Positions 26,963 through 36,516 of a stretch of 64,000 bases of DNA are shown in pieces (position 1 is the first letter of the stretch; each line of letters opens with the position of its first letter). Source of the DNA: Kiritimatiellia bacterium. GTDB taxonomy: Bacteria > Verrucomicrobiota > Kiritimatiellia > RFP12 > UBA1067. The position numbers and the translations under genes are program-made. Below the pieces are notes generated by a model that saw only the letters and a list, made by a program, of their open reading frames with translations, searched no databases and was not told the DNA's origin. The DNA lies in NCBI GenBank assembly GCA_045599105.1, contig JAZRVL010000036.1, forward strand, positions 10,778-74,777, read 5' to 3'.

Positions 26963-28489
26963 TTACTCAACGGGAACAAAGTCAATTTTTCGCTCTCTAA
27001 AATCTACTCTCGCCACATGTACTTTGATGCGATCGCCTGCCCGCCAACTTTTTCCGCTTCCTGCCGAAAGCGAGTTATCACTCTCATTATAGCGAACAAA
27101 TCGCCTTGATAGCAAACTCACATGCACCAATCCCGATACTGCGAGCTCGGGTATCTCCACAAAACACCCAAAAGGCATACACTTAGTTATTACTGCCTCA
27201 TAGTCAATAACTTGTCTTGTAGATAGTTGAGCTTCCATATAGCGATACTTCTTTATCTCCACGAGCCCCCGCTCTGCTTCTGCCGCGATCTCTTCGCGCT
27301 CGCTCGTATGCTCTGCCCACTTTGCGAGCAGTCCTGGTGGTACTTTTGCGTTTGCCCCCGTCAAATATCGCGTCAGTTGCCGATGCAAGGTCAAATCAGG
27401 ATATCGCCGAATGGGGCTAGTAAAGTGCGCGTAATACTTCTTTGCCAATCCAAAGTGCCCTATCGTCCTACTATCATAAACCGCCTTTTTCATCGACCGC
27501 AAAATCATCATCGAAATCGTTGAATATAACGGATGACGCTTAATCGTTTGCAAGAACTGCGCAAACACCTTGGGCTGTCCAATATTCCCGATCTTCACCC
27601 CAATTCCTCTTAAATCCGCCCTTAGCATCATTAGCTTTTCATCGTCTGGCGCTTCGTGTAGTCGAGCGAGGATTTTTATTCCCTTTGTCCACAACTCCTT
27701 CGCTACTGCCTCATTCGCGGCCACCATGCACTCTTCAATGAGTTGGTGTGATTCATCATATTCCCGAGTCACGATTCCGCTCAGCTCACCATTCCAATCC
27801 AAGACCACTTCCGCCTCATTCATCTCCAAATCTAACGCCCCCGCTTTAAATCGCTTCGCCCGCAAACTTTGGGCAAGCGTATTTAACTCTCTAATTGTTT
27901 TTTCGTTCTTCCCCTTACCTCGTCCCAAAATTATTGCCATCACTTCTTCATAGGTATAACGTCTTTGAGAGCGAATAATCGACTTGGCAAACTCACGCTT
28001 AATCATCTCACCCGTCTTGTCAAAAGTCATAAACACACTAAAAGCCAGTCGATCTTCATTCGGGACTAACGAGCACACCCCATTGGAGAGCGCCTCCGGT
28101 AGCATCGGAAGCACTCGATCGCAAAAGTACACACTTGTTGAGCGCTTATACGCTTCCTTATCTAATGCGCTTCCAGGACGAACAAAATGCGAAGCATCAG
28201 CAATATGTACGCCTAATACTAAATTTCCTTTACGATCTTTATCCAAACTTAGCGCATCATCATAATCCCGCGCAGTTACTGGATCGCAGGTAAAAATAAA
28301 CTTCCTTCTTAAATCTAAACGTCCCTTGGTCTCTTTCGCATACAATTCGACTTTGCGCGCTTCTTCCAAAACTGCCCTGGGAAACTCTGCGTTTAAATGA
28401 TAAAACTTCATTACCGCTTGAGTATCTTCTCGTGGCAATCTCCCTGGCGCTGGAAAGCGCGGCGCTTCAGCCCACGACGAGTTCTTCAT
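26963..28489 (-). CDS. rnr: RNase R/II-family 3'-5' exoribonuclease lacking the N-terminal cold-shock domains
   Basis: The RNB domain starts near residue 70 (FTCDPVTARDYDDALSL, VHIADASHFV). C-terminal S1 domain. The intact trkH ends at 28467, leaving no room for CSDs. Confidence 0.85.
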   Translation of the reverse strand: MKNSSWAEAPRFPAPGRLPREDTQAVMKFYHLNAEFPRAVLEEARKVELYAKETKGRLDLRRKFIFTCDPVTARDYDDALSLDKDRKGNLVLGVHIADASHFVRPGSALDKEAYKRSTSVYFCDRVLPMLPEALSNGVCSLVPNEDRLAFSVFMTFDKTGEMIKREFAKSIIRSQRRYTYEEVMAIILGRGKGKNEKTIRELNTLAQSLRAKRFKAGALDLEMNEAEVVLDWNGELSGIVTREYDESHQLIEECMVAANEAVAKELWTKGIKILARLHEAPDDEKLMMLRADLRGIGVKIGNIGQPKVFAQFLQTIKRHPLYSTISMMILRSMKKAVYDSRTIGHFGLAKKYYAHFTSPIRRYPDLTLHRQLTRYLTGANAKVPPGLLAKWAEHTSEREEIAAEAERGLVEIKKYRYMEAQLSTRQVIDYEAVITKCMPFGCFVEIPELAVSGLVHVSLLSRRFVRYNESDNSLSAGSGKSWRAGDRIKVHVARVDFRERKIDFVPVE

Positions 28490-29816
28490 TGGGATACCTC
28501 ACCAACCTTTCCACTTCTCTATCGCCAATCATCATAACCACCGTAAGTGCCCCTAATCGTCCGCAAAACATTGCCAACATAATCACCACTCTTCCTGCAC
28601 TGGATAAACTCATTGTCGTATCCCCAATCGAAAGTCCCGTTGTTGTTACTGCCGAAACTGCCTCAAAGAAAAGTGCCTCGGTCGTTATTCTGCCCGTATT
28701 TTCAGTCACCAAAAGCGCCCCCGTGGCAATTAAGATTATCCCCAAAAGCGCAGTTAAAATGACGATTGCCTCTCTCACCACTTCAGTAGAAATCGTCTTC
28801 TTGGCAATAACAGTTTCCGTATCTCCTCTGCACATCGCAAATAGTGTATATACAAGTACTGCCAGTGTCGTTACCTTAAGTCCGCCACATGCCGAACCTG
28901 GAGCGCCGCCAAAAAACATCATTATCCCATACATAAATCTCGTCACTGGCTGCAAACTCTCCGTCGGAACAATGCTAAAGCCACAAGTCCTGGGCGTAAG
29001 CGCCTGATATAGTCCCACCCAAAGTTTCTTTTCCGTCGCCATTCCTGCAAGCGAATTATTCCACTCAACCGCCAAAAACGAAGCGTATGCGATGATAATT
29101 AAATAAAAGGTAAATCGAAGAACTGTCTTAGTGTGCAGGGTAAGTCGCCCTTTCCCTCTTTTGCCAACAAAGCGAAAGGTAAAAAGATTGAACATCACGA
29201 GAAACCCGATTCCACCCAATATGACAAGCACTCCCATCGTTGCGATCGCAAGCGGATCGTCCGCCCAATCTACCAACGACCCCTCACGAATTGAAAAGCC
29301 CGCATTACAAAAATTCATGACTGAATAAAAAACACTTTCAAATACTCCATTGCCCTCTAAATAAAGCGCAGTCGCCCCCAACGCTTGAATAATCAGCATC
29401 GAGATCACAACCCAAACGACAAGTCCCTTAAATCCTCTCACCGCTGGCGCACCATACGCATTCATTAGCGAAAATTCACTATTTAGCGAAATCCTTCGCC
29501 CAATCGCGAGCATAATGAATGTACCACAGGTAATAAGCCCCAAGCACCCCACTTCAACCAATACCAAAAGCATGATCAACCCCTCGCGCGTAAACTCTTT
29601 GGCGATATCAACTACACTTAGTCCCGTTACACAAACAGCTGAACACGAAGTAAAAAGCGCATCGCTTACACTTCCCCAGCTTCCCTCATTTCGCGCCCAA
29701 GGCGACATCAACCCCACCGCACCAATTGCAATCAAAATGAGAAAGCTAAATGCGACCGAAATTCGTCTTTTCATTATGCGCTTATCTTCCCTTTTTCTTT
29801 GAGCCATACCGCCCAA
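28467..29816 (-). CDS. trkH: TrkH/KtrB-family potassium transporter
   Basis: 449 aa polytopic protein. Repeated pore-loop motifs (CVTGLS, NAGFS, TCGFS, TTGLS). Confidence 0.88.
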   Translation of the reverse strand: MGGMAQRKREDKRIMKRRISVAFSFLILIAIGAVGLMSPWARNEGSWGSVSDALFTSCSAVCVTGLSVVDIAKEFTREGLIMLLVLVEVGCLGLITCGTFIMLAIGRRISLNSEFSLMNAYGAPAVRGFKGLVVWVVISMLIIQALGATALYLEGNGVFESVFYSVMNFCNAGFSIREGSLVDWADDPLAIATMGVLVILGGIGFLVMFNLFTFRFVGKRGKGRLTLHTKTVLRFTFYLIIIAYASFLAVEWNNSLAGMATEKKLWVGLYQALTPRTCGFSIVPTESLQPVTRFMYGIMMFFGGAPGSACGGLKVTTLAVLVYTLFAMCRGDTETVIAKKTISTEVVREAIVILTALLGIILIATGALLVTENTGRITTEALFFEAVSAVTTTGLSIGDTTMSLSSAGRVVIMLAMFCGRLGALTVVMMIGDREVERLVRYPNEELVVG

Positions 29817-30532
29817 ATCGAAAGTTCATAAAGTATGCAAAGCGGCACCGCCATAATGATTTGACTCATCGGATCTGGAGGCGTTAAAAACATTGCCACC
29901 ACAAATGCAATTACAATTGCAGTGCGACGCTTACTTCTAAGGCCTGCGGAGCTCACAATCCCAAAGTACCCAAGGATAAAGATGACTAAAGGCAGTTGAA
30001 ACACAAGCCCAAAGGCAATAATGGTCTTAAGGACAATTGCGATATACCCTTCGATTCTAATCGTAGTAACTGGAAGTCCCACCCAATTATTAATTGCTTG
30101 AAATGCGCTCACTACGATTGGCAATGTCTTCGCATAAGCAAGTGCAACTCCGACTAAAAACAGGCCAAATCCCACCACCAAAATTGTAAGGATAATTACT
30201 TGTTCTTTCTTAGTTAACGCTGGAAAAACAAAGCGCAAGATGGCGTACATAATAAACGGAAACGCAAGCGCCGTTCCACCCCAAAGTGCAATTGACATCA
30301 TCGTTGAAAAGCCGCTCGTCAAATCTAACCCTTGCAAAAGCTCCTCACTCGCCGCCGCAGGACTCTTTAGCCAATCTAAAATTTGCGGAGCGAAAATCCC
30401 CGCCACAATAACTGCCATTGCCCACGCGATGAACGCAAACATCGTCATATCTCGCGCCGCGATCAGATGCTCCATCAACGGACGCCGAGGATCATTACGC
30501 TTGTTCGGATCTTTTAATAGCGTTATTGCCAC
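29774..30532 (-). CDS. tatC: Sec-independent translocase subunit TatC
   Basis: 252 aa with six TM segments. PLMEHLIAAR start and LTPPDPMSQ motif. Confidence 0.9.
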   Translation of the reverse strand: MAITLLKDPNKRNDPRRPLMEHLIAARDMTMFAFIAWAMAVIVAGIFAPQILDWLKSPAAASEELLQGLDLTSGFSTMMSIALWGGTALAFPFIMYAILRFVFPALTKKEQVIILTILVVGFGLFLVGVALAYAKTLPIVVSAFQAINNWVGLPVTTIRIEGYIAIVLKTIIAFGLVFQLPLVIFILGYFGIVSSAGLRSKRRTAIVIAFVVAMFLTPPDPMSQIIMAVPLCILYELSIWAVWLKEKGKISA

Positions 30533-30814
30533 TTATGCCTCCAAAATTGGAGTTGCCTTGGCCTCGTCGCCATCAATTGTGAATGCCTTAGCGACTTGCT
30601 CTTCAGCACCTTCCGCTACCCGGGTCATTTCCGCATCAAGATCCAGTAACTCTCGCTTGAACCCCTCCGCAACTCGCCGAAACTTAGCGTACATCTGCCC
30701 CAACTTACGTGCAGTTGCGGGGAGTCTCTTAGGCCCCGTCACAACTAGCACAACGGCGAGTAGCACCAACCACTCGCCGAAGCCTACGCTATCAAATATT
30801 AGCGCTAAAACCAT
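30533..30814 (-). CDS. tatA: TatA/TatB-family translocase subunit
   Basis: WLVLLAVVLVVTGPKRLPATARKLG: TM helix, hinge Gly and amphipathic helix. Confidence 0.8.
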   Translation of the reverse strand: MVLALIFDSVGFGEWLVLLAVVLVVTGPKRLPATARKLGQMYAKFRRVAEGFKRELLDLDAEMTRVAEGAEEQVAKAFTIDGDEAKATPILEA

Positions 30815-30817
30815 TCC

Positions 30818-31342
30818 TTACTTCTGAAAGATTGCGAATTCGCCTCGACGATTCTTCGCCCACGCGCTCTCATCGTGTCCATCAACTGCGGGCTTCTCTT
30901 CGCCATAGCTCCGCGTCTGAATGCGGTCTGCCAAAATTCCGTTTTGAACGAGATAGTTGCGGATGATAATCGCTCGGTTTTCTCCGAGGCTCATATTGTA
31001 CTCATTCGATCCGCGCTCGTCGCAATTGCCTTCAATGACGACGACTCGATTGTTATTGGCATCAAGGTGCTTGGCGACTTCATCAATCTTGCCGAGTTCT
31101 CCCTCTGGCACCACCGTTGAGTCAAAACCGAAGTACACTGCTTCAAAGCTGACATCCGTGCAACGCGTATAAATATCCTCAAAATTTTGCGAGCTCGCAT
31201 CGTTAATCGAGCCTTCTTGCGAATTGATATCCATGCCGTTAGCATCATTACCAAAACCATTGCCCATCGCTGACTTATCATATCTGCATCCTGCCATTGC
31301 TAAGGCCGCAGCTACCACTACCATCATTTTTGAAATCTTCAT
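30818..31342 (-). CDS. pal: Peptidoglycan-associated lipoprotein (OmpA-family)
   Basis: Lipobox LAMAGC. C-terminal OmpA-like domain (YFGFDS, NEYNMSLGENRA, NRRGEF). Confidence 0.88.
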   Translation of the reverse strand: MKISKMMVVVAAALAMAGCRYDKSAMGNGFGNDANGMDINSQEGSINDASSQNFEDIYTRCTDVSFEAVYFGFDSTVVPEGELGKIDEVAKHLDANNNRVVVIEGNCDERGSNEYNMSLGENRAIIIRNYLVQNGILADRIQTRSYGEEKPAVDGHDESAWAKNRRGEFAIFQK

Positions 31343-31418
31343 TTTACACCTTTCTGGTCTTACGTGACCTATTTAGCTTATATCTTATCAAAAATCCTTG
31401 CCGCTGTCCATCCCTCAC

Positions 31419-31751
31419 CTAAACCCGTGCAATTGCATACTTAAGGTGTGCAATCGCCCCCGCTTTGATGACCGCAACCTCTACGCGCTTTACGCCCTTA
31501 AGTTTTTTAAGCTCTCCCTTGATGAGCGCTGCTGATCGCTCAATCATTTTGCACTTTGACTCAATCAGCGTTTTTCGCACTCGCTCGACCACTTTGACAT
31601 AATCAACCGTATCTTCTATCTTGTCGGTCTTTTGCGCCTTAAACTCACCCTCCAATACAACATCTACTATCAACTTCTGCGGTATTTTTCGCTCTTGTGG
31701 CCGATCTCCAATAATGCACTTAACTTCAATTCCTTTTAGTTCAAGTTTCAT
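31419..31751 (-). CDS. folB: Dihydroneopterin aldolase family protein
   Basis: 110 aa. GIEVKCIIGDRPQERKIPQKLIVDV and DTVDY fit the FolB pattern. Overlaps the FkbH-like gene by 11 nt. Confidence 0.7.
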   Translation of the reverse strand: MKLELKGIEVKCIIGDRPQERKIPQKLIVDVVLEGEFKAQKTDKIEDTVDYVKVVERVRKTLIESKCKMIERSAALIKGELKKLKGVKRVEVAVIKAGAIAHLKYAIARV

Positions 31752-32850
31752 ATAGCCCCTTTATTGCTTCGTTCTTTCCACTTGGCACATACTCCGCCTT
31801 GATGTACTTAACCCCTCGTGCCTTCAACTCCTTTTCCATCGCGTGTTTCAAGTTATGTTCAAAACCACGTCCCATCACTCTACAGCTTAGCACAAAGTCC
31901 TCAATCTCCGCTTTCTCTCTTTCGATGCGCGCATTTACAAACCCGACTAGCCCCATATCACCGAACTCATCTTTGCACTTCATCGTAAGTGCGCTTTTTT
32001 CTTTTACCCACTTGCGCACTTCGTCTTCACTTCGCCTAATCGTCCTTAGGTTAAAACGATTGGCCTTTTGCGAGAGCTGCGCAACGCGCTGAACTTCCTC
32101 CTCCCGAATTAAATGAATATCAACTACGCTTTCAATCTCCCCCTTAGCGCATATCGCCGCGCGTCGCTTGGTCTCTTCTTGATATAGCTCGGTCTTGCGC
32201 TTGTCTTCTTCAGTAAGCCATCTTTTCCCAAAATACACACTAAGTTTGGGGGGATACTCCGCCACTACCACTTCGCTCGCTTCCTCACGCATCGCCACGC
32301 GCTCCGCTGGATTATCATCGACAAACACAAACGACTCTAACCCCAAGTTTAACTCTGCGGCAATCCGTCTTAGGTTCTTGGATTTTTTCTCCCAATTTGC
32401 CCCAATCGCCACAAAGTCCGATTCCTCAATTCCTTCGACCACCTTAAGCCCAGCTTTTGCGTCCTCAAGGTCGTTCTTGGTCAAAATGACCAATACCACT
32501 CCCTGCGCCTTAAGGGCTTTTAACTCTTCAATTAGTGATCTATTCCCCTTTAACTCCCACGCTCCATCCTCACTGACAATCCCAGTCCAAAGCGTATTAT
32601 CCAAATCTACCGCAACTGCTTTCATCACCCCTTTTCCGCGCGCTCTGGACCAAAAGTCCCAAAGCGTTTGGCACTCCGCGACCTCATTAATCGGGATTTC
32701 CACCCCCGCTTTGTTTAACTCCATTGCAAGGCGAATATGCGCTATACTATCCCACTCTTCGATTTCGCCATACCCAGTTTCTAACGAGATCGCCTTGGGC
32801 TCTACGCCCAAAGTATCTGCCGCCAGTCTCATAAATTCGTCAAGTTTCAA
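31741..32850 (-). CDS. Carrier-protein domain fused to FkbH-like HAD-IIIC domain
   Basis: N-terminal EEWDSIAHIRLAMEL (phosphopantetheine-Ser-like DSI motif). VAVDLDNTLWTG (HAD motif I). C-terminal FVLSCRVMGRGFE, typical of FkbH-family proteins. Confidence 0.75.
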   Translation of the reverse strand: MKLDEFMRLAADTLGVEPKAISLETGYGEIEEWDSIAHIRLAMELNKAGVEIPINEVAECQTLWDFWSRARGKGVMKAVAVDLDNTLWTGIVSEDGAWELKGNRSLIEELKALKAQGVVLVILTKNDLEDAKAGLKVVEGIEESDFVAIGANWEKKSKNLRRIAAELNLGLESFVFVDDNPAERVAMREEASEVVVAEYPPKLSVYFGKRWLTEEDKRKTELYQEETKRRAAICAKGEIESVVDIHLIREEEVQRVAQLSQKANRFNLRTIRRSEDEVRKWVKEKSALTMKCKDEFGDMGLVGFVNARIEREKAEIEDFVLSCRVMGRGFEHNLKHAMEKELKARGVKYIKAEYVPSGKNEAIKGLYET

Positions 32851-33755
32851 ATCCGTATTCTCGCTACAAATGCCGAAAGTCCGCCGCCAAATCCGCTCGC
32901 CAAAACCTCGCCTTTAATCCTCCCTTTGGCAATCGTAACTGGGATGGTAGCCGAGGCCGAGTTGCCTAACTTATCTACCGAGACTGCAACTTTATCGGGC
33001 GCAATCTTCAATGCTTTTGCCAATTCCCTTACCATATACCCATTTGCCTGATGTGGAACAAACATATCAAACTTATCGTCAGATTGCTCAATGAACTTAC
33101 CAATAAATTCGCTCACTTCGCTTGCCACAAATTTAAATACCTTAAACCCATCCATCTTAATCGTCCCGCCGCACTTTAAGGTCAATGCCTCACCTTCCGC
33201 ACCTTCGCTTAAAAAGGCAAACTTCCACGTATCTTCACCCTTGTCTACTATCGTCGCACTTCCTGCGTCTGCCAATACTGGCATAGTCGCAACATCATTT
33301 TTATCTAAATATGCCGATTGCACATCGCCTGCTAAAAGTAGCGTCTTTTTTCCCGTGTTCTTAGTAGTAAGTCCCGCCAAATATAGTCCATACCCCCACC
33401 CCGAACAAGCCAAATTTATATCCACTGCCATCACTCCCTTACCCAAACCCAACCTTGTTTGCGCTTCACACGCTGCCGCTGGCATCCGCTTAGGAGTTGT
33501 AAAAGACACAAATACGATTGCACCAATTTCCGACTTATCCACTTTCGCAATTAGTCGCTCGGCCGCCTTGACGCAAAGATCAATTACACTTTCATTTTCT
33601 GTGCGGCAAATTGTCTTAATCCCCGTAGCTTGAACGACGCTTTCTGCCTTCGCGCCATAAAGTGGGCGAATGCTTTCAACTGCGTCCAATTCCCTGCTTG
33701 GGACTTCCGCCTCAATGCCCGCGATTTTAACGCCCTCTATAGTCAATACTTCCAC
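32847..33755 (-). CDS. KAS III (FabH-like) ketosynthase
   Basis: NLACSGWGYGL (Cys), FVPHQANGYM (His) and LGNSASATIP (Asn) form the catalytic triad. GTG start. ATGA overlap with the next gene. Confidence 0.85.
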   Translation of the reverse strand: MEVLTIEGVKIAGIEAEVPSRELDAVESIRPLYGAKAESVVQATGIKTICRTENESVIDLCVKAAERLIAKVDKSEIGAIVFVSFTTPKRMPAAACEAQTRLGLGKGVMAVDINLACSGWGYGLYLAGLTTKNTGKKTLLLAGDVQSAYLDKNDVATMPVLADAGSATIVDKGEDTWKFAFLSEGAEGEALTLKCGGTIKMDGFKVFKFVASEVSEFIGKFIEQSDDKFDMFVPHQANGYMVRELAKALKIAPDKVAVSVDKLGNSASATIPVTIAKGRIKGEVLASGFGGGLSAFVARIRI

Positions 33756-33768
33756 GACAAAAATTATA

Positions 33769-34572
33769 TCATATCGTTAGCGCCGCTCGCAATAATTGAA
33801 CTCGCTCATCTGGCGATGCTTTTACATATCCTTCAATATACTTTACTCCCTTTTCGCCTTTCCATGCGGGCGCGCCGTCGGTAGTAATGACATATTTTCC
33901 GCGTTCCAATGCTTCGGCAACTACAAGTCCAAAGTTATCGCTCAAAGTCGGCAAACAAAGTACATTACACCACTGCCAAATACGCTCTTTCTCTTCGCCA
34001 AACGCATTGGATGCGACTTTAAGCTCCACCTTGTCCAATCCCTTCACTGCCGCTTCCAAATACTCCACCCCTTTTAGCGGATGCCTCCGCCCCAGATATA
34101 AAAGATGTACTTTTCCTCCCGACTCACCAAGTTTTATATCTTGGGCTTTAAACTTAAAGAACTTCTTAATATCTTTCACTTCTACCATTGGCCGCTTCGC
34201 TCCCAAATACGCCTCTATCCACGCCTTCTCGCCTTCGCAGCACGCTATCAATTTCTTTGTCCTTCTCAAGGCCCACCGTTCAATTGGTCCGACTAAACAC
34301 TTCTTCCATCCGTGAAATCTAAGTCGTATTGGATCATAGCATGCCTCGGGCACCCAAATCGCCCTTCTTGCCCAAGCTGCTGCCCACCAAAGACACGGCA
34401 TCCACCCGCAATGAATCCACACCTCGTCTGCCGATCTTAACTCACCGATTGTTGCCCACCGCTTAAAGCCGACCACATCTCCGCGGGCTACTTGCTCACT
34501 CGCAATCATTCTTGCGATATTCGCAGCTCCATTCCACTTTTCCCATCCGTTTGAAATATGCAGTATCTTCAT
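33769..34572 (-). CDS. Compact GT4-like glycosyltransferase
   Basis: 267 aa. C-terminal LPTLSDNFGLVVAEALERGKYVITTD resembles the GT4 E-x7-E region. Confidence 0.6.
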   Translation of the reverse strand: MKILHISNGWEKWNGAANIARMIASEQVARGDVVGFKRWATIGELRSADEVWIHCGWMPCLWWAAAWARRAIWVPEACYDPIRLRFHGWKKCLVGPIERWALRRTKKLIACCEGEKAWIEAYLGAKRPMVEVKDIKKFFKFKAQDIKLGESGGKVHLLYLGRRHPLKGVEYLEAAVKGLDKVELKVASNAFGEEKERIWQWCNVLCLPTLSDNFGLVVAEALERGKYVITTDGAPAWKGEKGVKYIEGYVKASPDERVQLLRAALTI

Positions 34573-34580
34573 AAATCCGC

Positions 34581-35129
34581 TTAATCATTTCTCACTGCAG
34601 GATTAAGATAAATTGGTAGTGGCTCGTCGACCAATGCTTCGGGACACTTTTGAGCATATCGCTTGAGTCCCTCCGCGCTGGGAGTTCCTCCACCTTGATA
34701 TCGCTCGCCAAATAAATTCTTTAGCTCTTCGCCAATTCGCTTTTCGTCAACCGTCTTTATCTGATAGTCGTTAGGAACTGCACTTTCCAATTTGTCTACT
34801 GCAACTTCAAAGATCTCTTTTACGAGTTTATACCCCTCAAACAATGCAACCCATCGCATATTTCGTCTCGCATCTCCAATCACTGCGAGCTTCCCTTCGC
34901 CTGCCAATGCGCATGCCGAAGGCAAGCCCTTCACTTCGCACTTCGTCGCCACTGCATACCCCTGCGCAAATGCGAGCGCACTGCGAACCCCCGCAAAGCT
35001 TCCTGGTCCCATCCCGACGACAATTCGCTTAACTCCTTGGCAATTGAGCGCCTCCGCCCAATCGCTATCGTGCCCAACTCCGCTTGACCGCTCAAGGTAA
35101 ACGCTGTTCATAATATTGCTCCGTTCCAT
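34581..35129 (-). CDS. tsaB: tRNA t6A biosynthesis protein TsaB, N-terminally short
   Basis: VVGMGPGSFAGVRSALAFAQG matches the TsaB GPGSFTG(L/V)R motif. About 35 N-terminal residues of canonical TsaB are absent. Overlaps the upstream gene by 38 nt. Confidence 0.7.
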   Translation of the reverse strand: MERSNIMNSVYLERSSGVGHDSDWAEALNCQGVKRIVVGMGPGSFAGVRSALAFAQGYAVATKCEVKGLPSACALAGEGKLAVIGDARRNMRWVALFEGYKLVKEIFEVAVDKLESAVPNDYQIKTVDEKRIGEELKNLFGERYQGGGTPSAEGLKRYAQKCPEALVDEPLPIYLNPAVRND

Positions 35130-36516
35130 ATTGAAAATCGCTCGTCACATAATTACCGACTCTCGGTCCTACGAGTGTATGCGAAACATTGAAGTGGGTA
35201 AATATCCAAGGGCAATCTTCACGCACGATTTCTTGGCACTTACCCCAATCCTCCGCTTCAAAGGCGCGATCGTATTCGGGGTTTTGGTAACTGGCGTGGT
35301 TGGCTCCTGGCGCTGCATTTGGCCCATAAAATAGCTGCAAAAAGTCCTGAGCGTCTGGGTAATCTCCCACCCACCCCATTCTAAACATTTGTACACGCCC
35401 CTCGTTTACTGCCTTCAAAAAGGCGTCCCATGTCATAAAATCCAACTCAAGCTTGATTCCGATTTTCGCATAAAACGAGGCGATTAACTCTCCTGCTTCG
35501 CGACTTTCCTGATTTGCCCGTCCAATTGCCATTGTGAGTACCAAGCGCCTTCCAGTTGCAGGATCAATCCCATCGGGATATCCCGCCTCAATCATAAGTT
35601 GTTTGGCCTTTTCCAAGTCATAATGATAGGGATGTCGACTTTCTAATCGTCCTTCGACACCTTCGGGGACCGGGGTATTACATTCGACAATACGATTATT
35701 GTTGAACTTCTTCCACTTTGGGAAATCAAACGCGGCATTTAATGCTTGTCTTAGCTTTTTGTTCGTCCCCAATATTTTATCGCGCATATTAAGCCCGATA
35801 TGCATAACCTCCATAGTTGAGCGCGACTGCAAGGTGATTCCGCGTGCCTTTAATTCTTCTTTTAGCTCGCCATTTTCATCCATAATTGAGTCCCACGTAT
35901 CGCGCGAAATTTCCTGGAGGACATCCACTTCCCCTTTAAGGAACATTAGCCACTGTGTTGACATATCATCAACCACCAAATATCTTACCTCGTCAAATCC
36001 CTTTTCGCTTTTCTCTCGCCGTTCAAATACCATTTCGTGGTTCTTCCACCAACTCTTAAGTCGATACACCCCCGTTCCTTCACCCTTATCATCAACTATT
36101 GCGCACGCTCCCATCGCAAGGAGCCAAGGGAAATGGCGAATTGGCTTTTCAAAGGTGATTTCGACCGTTTTCTCGTCAATAGCTTTAACCGTATTTACTC
36201 CATCCATGATCCAGCCATTAGGCGAGACGATATCAATCGAGCGCAAGCGCTCCAGGGCCTTTACCACGTAGCGTGCGGGGCCCTTACGGGTTTTAAGGAT
36301 CATCGTCTTTTTATCGGGACTAAGTATTGGCATTTCGCAATAGCCGGAAATGAGTTTATATGGCCGTGCCTTATAGTCAACCTTAAGTGGAGTTTCGTAG
36401 ACCATCTGGATTGCGCGCATATCGTAGATACTACGTCCAAGTGCGCCATCCATTGTTGACACGCGCTCCATAGGAACGGCGAAAGTAGCAGCCAAGAGCA
36501 AAATTATACTATTCAA
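35092..36516 (-). CDS. ABC transporter substrate-binding protein, family 5 (peptide/nickel type), orphan
   Basis: 474 aa with a signal-like N-terminus and family-5 SBP resemblance. No permease or ATPase genes are adjacent. Confidence 0.75.
   Translation of the reverse strand: MNSIILLLAATFAVPMERVSTMDGALGRSIYDMRAIQMVYETPLKVDYKARPYKLISGYCEMPILSPDKKTMILKTRKGPARYVVKALERLRSIDIVSPNGWIMDGVNTVKAIDEKTVEITFEKPIRHFPWLLAMGACAIVDDKGEGTGVYRLKSWWKNHEMVFERREKSEKGFDEVRYLVVDDMSTQWLMFLKGEVDVLQEISRDTWDSIMDENGELKEELKARGITLQSRSTMEVMHIGLNMRDKILGTNKKLRQALNAAFDFPKWKKFNNNRIVECNTPVPEGVEGRLESRHPYHYDLEKAKQLMIEAGYPDGIDPATGRRLVLTMAIGRANQESREAGELIASFYAKIGIKLELDFMTWDAFLKAVNEGRVQMFRMGWVGDYPDAQDFLQLFYGPNAAPGANHASYQNPEYDRAFEAEDWGKCQEIVREDCPWIFTHFNVSHTLVGPRVGNYVTSDFQYGTEQYYEQRLP

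Noticed and set aside
32195-32917. 240-aa plus-strand ORF, and similar long plus-strand ORFs at 28432..29007, 30240..30827, 33091..33633 and 35699..36271
   Set aside because: These are Ser/Pro/Thr/Ala-rich antisense shadow ORFs lying entirely within strongly supported minus-strand genes. They have no RBS or family resemblance.
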